A stretch of 64,000 nt of DNA from Octopus sinensis (taxonomy: Eukaryota). The stretch covers positions 18,538,001 to 18,602,000 of the forward strand of contig NC_042999.1 in NCBI RefSeq assembly GCF_006345805.1, in the 5' to 3' direction. This document shows positions 54,626 to 64,000 of this stretch, in pieces (the stretch's first letter is position 1; each line of letters starts with the position of its first letter). The translations under genes were made by a program, and so were the position numbers. Under the pieces are notes generated by a model. It was given only the letters and a program-made list of their open reading frames with translations, had not been told where the DNA came from and made no database searches.

Positions 54626-55370
54626 TATTTTTATTTTTCATATTATTTGAGAGAGACTTGGCTACCGACTTTTGAAAGCTTTATACAGTCTCATTTCAGC
54701 ATCAGCCCAATAACAACGCAAGATATATATATATATAAAACGTAACGGTTTAAGTTGTATAAAGAAGAGTAACTACTGCATTACAGATTAGAATTCGGAT
54801 AAGAGACTCATAAACCAAGAAACTATTCGAATCGACTTCGTTTCAATTCTACATGTAGAGATGAAAGTCTGATATACAAGAAAAATAAGAATGATCTTTA
54901 TTTTTCATAAGATTATAATATAGCATGCTGCTGACATAAAATTTACGAGCGTAAAGCATTACTGGAGCACCGCCTTTAGCGCGAAGAAATCGATCCCAGA
55001 ACTTATTCTTTGTAATCTTGGTACATATATATATACACACACAGACACACTTGCACACATACGTACACATATACGCTATATACACATACATATATACTTT
55101 CATATGTACAAACACACACACACATATTTATAACTTTAAATTATTTAAATAATTTGTTAATTTTTAACTTTTATATTTTAAAATTAATTTTATGTATTGC
55201 CTTATGTTTTTCACTGTTTGATTTGCCCAATAGTGGTTTTATCTCTAATTTAATATAATATAATATAATATAATATAATATAATATAATATATTTATACT
55301 ATAAAATTGGATTTAATCCTAAATCTGATTTTTCCCTGTAAGTTTGGTTTTATTCCCTAATATTATTATT

Positions 55371-55411
<41 letters not shown>

Positions 55412-55544
55412 CATACGCATATATATTTGAATATATCTCTAAATATATGTATACATTTGTATGTATATGTATATATATATATGCATGCATGCATATATAT
55501 CAATCTATCTATCCATCTCTCTCTCTCTCTATCTCTTTGTATAT

Positions 55545-55576
<32 letters not shown>

Positions 55577-55883
55577 CATATTCATATATATATATATATA
55601 CATATATACATTTATGTGTGTGTGTGTGTTTATGAATGTAACTTGTTACTCGTGCCTACTACTATTAATATGTAATCTAGTACAGCTTGCCGCATTGTCG
55701 GATTTTTCGGCAACTAAACTTGTTTAGTGAGGAAGTTTATTGAATGCCTTCAAGATGAAAAACAAAACCTGTTAAAGGGCGGGTGAATTATTTAAAATCC
55801 ATGGCCATGCAATGCTGTATTCACAATCTTCGTTCTGCTATTTCTCAAACACAGCAGTATTTCTAGCAGCAGTCATCGACAAT

Positions 55884-56044
55884 AGGAGTGGCTGTGTGGT
55901 AAGTAGCTTTCTTACGGACCACATGATTCCGGGTTCAGTCCCACTGCGTGGCACCTTGGGCAAGTGTCTTCTGCTATAGCCTCGGGCCGACGAAAGCATT
56001 GTGAGTCGATTTGGTTGACAGAAACTGAAAGAAGCCCGTCGTAG

Positions 56045-56094
<50 letters not shown>

Positions 56095-56319
56095 TTGTGT
56101 GTGTGTGTCTGTTTGTGTGTCTATGTTTGCCCCACCAACATCTCTTGACAACCGATGCTGGTGTGTTTAGGTCCTCGTAACTTAGCGGTTCGGCAAAAGA
56201 GAAGATAGAATAAGTACTAGGCTTACAAAGAATAAGTCCTGGGGTCGATTTGCTCGACTAAAGGTGGTGCTCCAACATGGCCAAAATCAAATGACAGAAA
56301 CAAGTAAAAGAGTAAAATA
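55884..56319 (+). mobile_element. SINE family B
   Basis: Full-length. Confidence 0.9.
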
Positions 56320-56874
56320 ATCTATTGATTTGTGCCGAAAACACAGTGGTTGCGCAGAGAACTGACACGTTTTTAAATAAAGGGACAGGGACAAATTCAC
56401 TTAGCAGAAGACTTTGAATATGAGAATGTAGCCATGGTGTACCTCATTACTAGGAGTGACTAACTCCTGCTCCTTGTTCGGACATCACTAAAGAACGGCA
56501 AATCTCTGATGTAAAATCAGTGACTCAATGATAGCAAATGATATCAAAGAATTCTTCATTTTGGGTATCTGACATCGTGATTTAGAAAGTGGGTTTGGCT
56601 ATGTTCAGCACCTCTCCTTACAATCCACCTCATAATATACAGGTGTCATTGCACGTATGTGCATCATCATCTTATCGTCAACAACGAGCAATCGGCCATT
56701 GTGTAGGCATGTATGAACAAGTGTTGCCCTGTGATAAGATGCTGCCGAAATGCACAGTGGGGCTCATTGGAAAAATGTCTTGAACACCAAGCCCAGGGTA
56801 GACCACAACCTTGTGAGTGGATTTTTTTGACGGAAGGAGTAACAAACCCGTCGTATATATATATAACAATGAAC

Positions 56875-56919
<45 letters not shown>

Positions 56920-56923
<4 letters not shown>

Positions 56924-57000
56924 TACATATCCTCACGCACACACACACACATATATATATATATATAAATATATACATATCCTCACGCACACACACACAC

Positions 57001-57031
<31 letters not shown>

Positions 57032-57056
57032 GTATAAATATATACATATCCTCACG

Positions 57057-57092
<36 letters not shown>

Positions 57093-57112
57093 AATATATA
57101 CATATCCTCACG

Positions 57113-57155
<43 letters not shown>
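56920..57155. repeat. Minisatellite, 4 units of atatacatatcctcacgc(ac)n(at)n
   Basis: Direct reading. Confidence 0.85.
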
Positions 57156-57190
<35 letters not shown>

Positions 57191-58413
57191 CAGATTAATA
57201 TGATACCTAAGTTGAGGCACCAGAATTCAGTACAGTACTAATCATACTATCTCCATGAAATTAAGGAGATAGACAAAGAAAATGTTCCTACAACAGCATA
57301 GTGGTAACTAAAATTTTCAAGGAGGCACTGCCTGTCACTGAGATTTTGGTTTTTTTATGGGGTAAGTTTTAATTTATAGACTAATTTATCAAGTCTCTTG
57401 TGTATTTAAGGCTGAGAGAAACAGAGGGTAGTATTTGTTTGGGGTATGTTTGATCGAGTAGACAGGCATTCTAAGATGGTATAGTCATAAAAATCAAGAT
57501 TTATTAGAAGCACTATCATGTTGTTTAGTAAGGGAAAACTTAATCAAGATGTTAGCTGATAATTAAGGGATCGCCCACTAGCAGACTATTGATAATGAAC
57601 AGGGGAAGTCTTATCATGTAGTATTATAGTTAAATACTTTAAAATAATGTTGCTATATTGCATCCAGTTGAAGTTTAGGGTGATTCAAAAGATTATTAAG
57701 AAGAATATTGTAACAAAAGGATAGAAATTTATGAATACTTTTGAGTATATATCAAACTTTTACCAAAATAGATGGAGGAAAAGAAGTTATTTAGAAATAG
57801 TTCAATATTTATATATATTATAAACTTAAATGTTAACTCATCAGATGGTATCTGTGAATATTGATTAACTGATATTTACTCGTATTAATAAAGGAATTTT
57901 GAGGTAAAAGAACATGCTAATTATATACTGATACAATTTTAATTTAAGCAGTTTTCTTATAAGTAATGAATATATCAGTATAGTTTTATATAAGCTAAAT
58001 AAGAATTTATAGAGATACAAAACCTAGAATAATTTTATAAATAAATAAATAAAGGCTAATTATAAAATAATTATTTTCCCTATAACATACTTTCAATTAA
58101 AAAAAAAATGATTTTTATGTTTATTTCATTATCATTATGTTTATATATCCTTATATTTATATGTCCATATATAATTTTACCATTCATATCTTTATATCTC
58201 TCATATATCAATATATGTTTCAGCTTGGACAATTCCTACTTTTATCTTAAACTCGTATAGATATGTGTAAACTAAAGTTTGCTTGATTTGAACTTACTCT
58301 ATTGTATCCATTATACTTATCTAACGCTTGACGTTCGACATGAGCGCTTCTCCGCTATGTGTTTCGAAAGAAAACTATAACTATACACACACACACACAC
58401 ACACTCACACATA

Positions 58414-58616
58414 CAGGGTGCAATGGGTAAATTGTCGCCGTATTATATTTTTGTTTTTTATGCATGCGCCTCATATTTTGGCATTTTTCTCGACTACATA
58501 GTATAGCAGGGTCAGCTGGATACCGTCTGTGAGAAAAACAGCACTATGACGCAGTTCCCTCTGCGAGAAATTTGGAAAACACATGCCGTACTGCTTGGCA
58601 TTCGTGCAGGAAGATC
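58414..58616 (+). mobile_element. Tc1/mariner 5' end with transposase start
   Basis: TA-CAGGGTG terminus; ATG 58546 gives MTQFPLREIWKTHAVLLGIRAGRS (HTH-like N-terminus). Confidence 0.55.
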
Positions 58617-60129
58617 ACACACACATATATCTTAAGGTCCACAAAGAGTAGAAATTATATGCAGCTATTGGTTGTCCAAATCGGAGGTGCAATCCATGTG
58701 GGTGTCTTTTCAGAACATTGTCTGGTTTAAAAATCTACATCAGATGCCATAATGGTGCTAAGGTATAGGTACAGGACAAGGTCAAACTCTGCATAAGGAG
58801 TAGACAACCACCATATATGTGTGTGTTTGTGTGAGTATGAATGTATGTTTGGTGGTGGTGGCAGTAGTAGTAGTAGTAGTAGTAGTACACCACAGGATAA
58901 CTTTACGATTATTTTAAAATTCGAAGATGGAATTGACTTTTTTTTTTAACCCTTAGTATCTTGAGACAATGTAAAATTCCTTAGAAGTCGTATTGAAGGT
59001 GTAATGTAAAGAACAACTGCTCTGAATGTTTCTAAGTTCTTACGTCTTCTAGTTTGAGTTGGGTGTTCAGTTTCGATTCATGTAAAGAATGAAACAGTTT
59101 TAGTTATGGAACAAAATGAAAGACATTATCTATAGTTTTTACTGTTTTAGGAAGTTTGTAAAGTTTTAATAAATCTTAATACAATGATTTGAAAACAAAT
59201 TTAAAAACACGTTACATTTCACTTGTCAGTTTTACATCTGTTCTTCGACATATTGTAAAGTTTTCACAGAGCAAACGAAAGTTTATTCACAACAGTGCAG
59301 GAGTTAACTGATAGGTAAAGATTAAAGAACAAAGGATAAAATTAGCTGTTCCCTTTAGGAAATACATTCTCTTTCTACTGCTCTGTTTCTGTCTCTCGTT
59401 CTCTCTGTCTCTCACTTACCCTATCTCTCACCTCTCCTTCTCTGACATCAACCCCCTCATTATGCCACCATATTTTCCTCAACCAAACATTATCAATTTT
59501 TATTGAAAACTCATTAGCCTATAATTAAACTGAATATTAGTTTAACATGAATGAAATATTTCGTAAAGATTGGTTCGCTGATATAGGCGGCAAGATGGTC
59601 ACAGACAGACATAAACTGCTATTTATATATAAGTTATATATATATATTCCATAGGTGAAAGCGTGGCTGTGTGGTAAGAACTATTTCCTATTCAAATTAA
59701 ATATCTAAAAATGAATTCGTGGAATATGATGTTTTTTTTTTTATCATATGCAAATATGTTTCAGGAGCAATATATCATAAAAATACAGTGATGAATAATT
59801 AAAATTAGCTATCTCAGTATGTGTGCTTTATTCGTTAGTTGGACTGATTTACGTTTAATCTTTCGTCTTCTATGAGGCAACAATTATTCAAAGTGCGGCG
59901 TCAGTGAATTCAAATGTCAAGTACTTTAATAAATACCTATGTCTTCATCACGTACAACCGCATAGTTTAAACACAAACACACATCTAAACACACACATAC
60001 TATCACAAACACACACATGCATATATAATTATGGATGTGCATATGCCTATATGTAAGTGACTGTAAAGATACCTGATTCTATGTATATCTAGCATTTCTG
60101 GTGGAATCCAGCGTTACGCAAGACATAAC

Positions 60130-60765
60130 TTTTTATTGTTTGGACTTTTCAGAAAAGTTTTGCGAATCTATCTTCTACTCATGAGAAATCATACGACTAT
60201 CTAAAAGCCAAAAAGAAAAAAAAAGTGTGATTTAAGGGGTATTTTAACTGTTATTTCTAGCACATCTAATGGCCGCCTCATACCGTTCTCGTTTGTTTGT
60301 CACTGTTGGTAATTGATGTTGGAAGAATTACAACCGTGTTTCGTGGTCTGCTACCACGACAGCTCCTTTACAGGGTCCACTTAGCTCAAGACAGGAGGAA
60401 CCACGTCCGGTTTTCGCCCCCTACTCCTCTTCCGATTTTAAGTTGCCGGGCCCCCACTTTCGGATGCGTCTTCAGCTCTGGTGTTGGGTGCATGTCTTTC
60501 GTCTTCTTTCTTCTGTTACCTGGCCTCTTCGATGTAGCGTCAACGAGTGTCAGCGGGCGACTGACTGCTGACTATTTATTTTTTGGAATTCTCAGAGAAG
60601 TTTTGCGAATATGTCTTCTACGCATGGGAAGTCATAAGACTATCTAAAAGCCAAAAAGAAAAAAAAAATTGGGATTTAATGGGTATTTTAACTCTTATTT
60701 CTAGCACATCAAATGACCACCTCATACCGTCATCGTTTGTTTGTCACTCTGGGTGATTGATGTTT
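60130..60765. repeat. ~190 bp direct repeats flanking a ~250 bp GC-rich insert
   Basis: 60130-60320 vs 60574-60764, roughly 80-85% similar. Confidence 0.75.
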
Positions 60766-61273
60766 ATTAATGTCCTTCTCTACATAAACACATTTAATGT
60801 TCTATTGTTGAAATTTAAGTCAAAAATTCGGACATTCCATATTTCAAACTGTGACTTTAAATTAAATTCAAAATATAAAAAAGAATATATATTTAAGTTC
60901 GAAAACTTAAAAAAACAATTCTGTTTTTGCATAGTTGTATCATTTCCCGTGTGTAGAAAACAAATGCGCAAAAATGTTTCTTAAAATTCTAAAAATAACA
61001 AAGTTCTTAGGGATTGTATATGCCGTGCATAAAGCAGAATTCCTCCGCGTTTCTTATTCTTCCTGTTTCACGAACTCACACATCTATTCTATTGTTATAA
61101 CTCTTCCGATTTCGAGCATCGCGTGGGAACCCATAACACATCTACTTACTCCTTTCGTAGCGGCCGTTCAGGCGACTAGAAAATATTTCCGATATAATAT
61201 ATTTAACCTGAAGGTCATGAATATTAATAAGTTCTCTGACTTGAACATTATGTAGTATATATGTTCATGCAGA

Positions 61274-61500
61274 GGCGGCGAGCTGGCAGAAACGGTAGCA
61301 CGCCGGGCGAAATTCGTAGCCGTATTTCGTCTGCCGCTACGTTCTGAGTTCAAATTCCGCCGAGGTCGACTTTGCATTTCATCCTTTCGGTGTCGATAAA
61401 TTAAGTACCAGTTACGCACTGAATGTCGATGTAATCGACTTAATCCCTTTGTCTGTCTTCCCCTCTGTGTTTAGCCCCTTGTGGGTAGTAATGAAATAAA
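61274..61500 (+). mobile_element. SINE family A monomer with 18-bp TSD
   Basis: TSD TATATATGTTCATGCAGA at 61256-61273 and 61501-61518. Confidence 0.95.
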
Positions 61501-62252
61501 TATATATGTTCATGCAGATTGATGTTATATGAATTTAATATTTAGCCGTTTCAAATATAATCACTGTTAAGGATTCTTTCTCCTTTATATTTTCCTTACT
61601 TCTGTCACTGTGCCCCAATTGGGGCTCCACCTTCAAAGGTGTAAATGCTTTAAAGCTAGAAGCATTAACCCATGTCTCCAACGTTTATTTCTATATCAAA
61701 TTTGTAAAGAAAACTGTACTAATTTTGTGTTCAATATTTTTGCCTCTTCTCTTTTCTGTCGCATTTTTTTATACCTATGTCTATGGATTTCTCTTCATGA
61801 TGTGATTCTCCACATTTCTACATATAAACTACGAGAATAACGTAATTTCTCGTTAAAGAAAACTCTCACTGTACTGCCAACAAACGACTGATAATACCAC
61901 ATCATTTTTTTTGGTTTTTTTCTTTAGCTAGCAATAAAAACAGTATGCAGAAGTCTATATTGTTTGCTTTTGTTTACAAATTTATTCCCATGTTATGGTC
62001 TAAGACTGTTTTCCTACTTCCTGTCACGGGGGAACTCTCAGTGAATGCTAATATTGTTTTCTGATAATTAACTTTAAACTTTTGTGTATGTGTGTGTGTG
62101 TTTGCGGCCGTGTATATGTGTGTGTATGTGTGTTTATGTGTGCGTTTGAGTGTTCATATGTGAATGTATGAGTTTCTGCTGTTAACGTGGTGTGTTCATA
62201 TATTTGAGAGGAAACCTATACTAGCATGGTTTTAAAATTAAGTAACGCATTT

Positions 62253-62580
62253 CTTTTTTTACTCCGCCGGTTACGACGACGAGGGTCCCAGCTGATACGA
62301 TCAACGGAACAGCTTGCTCGTGAAATTAACGTGCAAATGGCTGAGCATTCCACAGACACGTGTACCCTTAACGTAGTTCTCGGGGATAATCAGCGTGACA
62401 CAGAGAGTGACAAGGCTGACCCTTTGAAATACAAGTACAACTCATTTTTGCCAGCTGAGTGGACTGGAGCAACGTGAAATAAAGTGTCTTGCTCAAGGAC
62501 ACAACGCGTCGCCGGGAATCGAACTCACAACCTTACGATCATGAGCCGAATGCCCTAACCACTAAGCCACGCGCCCTCAC
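62253..62580 (-). mobile_element. Young SINE family D with 14-bp TSD
   Basis: TSD TAAGTAACGCATTT at 62239-62252 and 62581-62594; A box tggcttagtgg, B box gagttcgattc. Confidence 0.95.
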
Positions 62581-63350
62581 TAAGTAACGCATTTACTCAC
62601 GCATATCTATTGGCATGTTGAATATGCTTTTAGATGAATGCATGTATTAGGTTTTCTCTTATTGTGTGAGAAAATATGCCTAAGTACATTAATGTATGAG
62701 AATCTACGTTCTGATAATACAGAGAAGAATACACAAGAATTCAGTATACATATATATATATCTACAAACTATGGAAGAAGCAGCCACCTTAAGTTGCTAT
62801 TTTGCAGTGAATAGAAAACAATTGCTTTGCTTCAAATCTAATTCATTGTGTATGTTTTATATGGTAACATTGAACATTTGTTGTAAAAAAAATATTTAAT
62901 ATTAAATCAAATACCACAAATGTAAACAATCTTAAAACCACTAGTGTATACAGAAATAAAGAACAATTGTTGAAATAATATTAAATTGTTTTGTATAGGC
63001 GTCAATTATATTCAACCAGTGTATTCAAATAATCAGCAAGGTACACAAATCTTGGTCCGAATTTCTTCTTGTAATAGAATAAGCAAATAATCGCAAATGG
63101 AATTCGTACAAATGTGAGCTTGATTGCGGATTGGTGGTTAACAATTTTGTTTTGCAGCGCAGCATTTCGGGTTCGGTTCCATGGGTCATTGTCGGGATAA
63201 AATGTAGTAAAACTATAGACTTACGCTTTGAGGGTAAACTCAGTGGGATTAATCTCATACACTCACACACACACATATATAGATACCCATATTTACGCAC
63301 ACACACATATATACGCACGCAGACATATAGATATATATACATACGCACAC

Positions 63351-63428
63351 CCGGAGGCGCAATGGCCCAGTGGTTAGGATAGCGGACTCGAGGTCGTAGG
63401 ATCGCGGTTTCGATTCCCAAGTGTGAGT

Positions 63429-63460
<32 letters not shown>

Positions 63461-63762
63461 GTGGTTAGGGCATTCGGCTCATGATCGTAAGGTTGTGAGT
63501 TCGATTCCCGGCGACGCGTTGTGTCCTTGAGCAAGACACTTTATTTCACGTAGCTCCAGTCCACTCAGCTGGCAAAAATGAGTTGTACTTGTATTTCAAA
63601 GGGTCAGCCTTGTCACTCTCTGTGTCACGCTGATTATCCCCGAGAACTACGTTAAGGGTACACGTGTCTGTGGAATGCTCAGCCATTTGCACGTTAATTT
63701 CACGAGCAAGCTGTTCCGTTGATCGTATCAGCTGGGACCCTCGTCGTCGTAACCGGCGGAGT
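63351..63762 (+). mobile_element. SINE C head, (TA)n, then SINE D body
   Basis: C head 63352-63428; D from 63460 to 63762. Confidence 0.85.
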
Positions 63763-63792
63763 CTTTATTTATATATATATATATATATATAT

Positions 63793-64000
63793 GTAGGTCC
63801 CGGGTTGATTCGGGGTTAACCACAGTAAATAAGGTACTCAATACATAGCAGAGTAAAATTAATTTATTATATAGAAGGAGCTTCTACAGGACTAGAACTG
63901 TTTCATTCAAGAGAAATCTTCAGGAAGCTAGTTAACAAGAATTGTATTGGCATTTATACATTTAGGCAGGTTTAAAGGGGTGGGGTGGGGGACTTTTTGG
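63793..64000 (-). mobile_element. Penelope-like terminal fragment with hammerhead-like motif
   Basis: Reverse complement: agcttc-CTGAAGA-tttctcttgaat-GAA-acag-ttctagtc-ctgt-A-gaagct (63879-63929). Confidence 0.55.

Noticed and set aside
57200-58100. Possible NUMT
   Set aside because: No recognisable mitochondrial protein, rRNA or tRNA motif found by eye.
62510-62580. tRNA gene candidates at SINE heads
   Set aside because: A/B boxes present but fused to SINE bodies with TSDs; no complete cloverleaf recognised.

Overview
AT-rich, repeat-saturated eukaryotic DNA, intronic or intergenic. The SINE families and microsatellite load look like a coleoid cephalopod (Octopus); this is inferred, not searched. 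No intact host gene could be supported, and most listed ORFs are translations of (TA)n, (TATG)n, (TAG)n or (GAA)n microsatellites. Transposon content: many tRNA-headed SINEs in at least 4 families, some with clear TSDs; 3' fragments of CR1/L2, RTE and R4-like LINEs; a Tx1/L1-like zinc knuckle; two non-autonomous Helitrons; Merlin-like, hAT and Tc1/mariner DNA elements; and a young fold-back Penelope-like element with a GIY-YIG domain. The most striking hidden signal is a set of type I hammerhead ribozyme (HHR) motifs in several short Penelope-derived, often palindromic elements, mostly embedded in (TA)n tracts. They include one canonical HHR at ~4000-4098 and a natural G3:C8 compensatory core swap at 19188-19237. 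Several near-identical inverted repeat pairs could form long dsRNA if transcribed.
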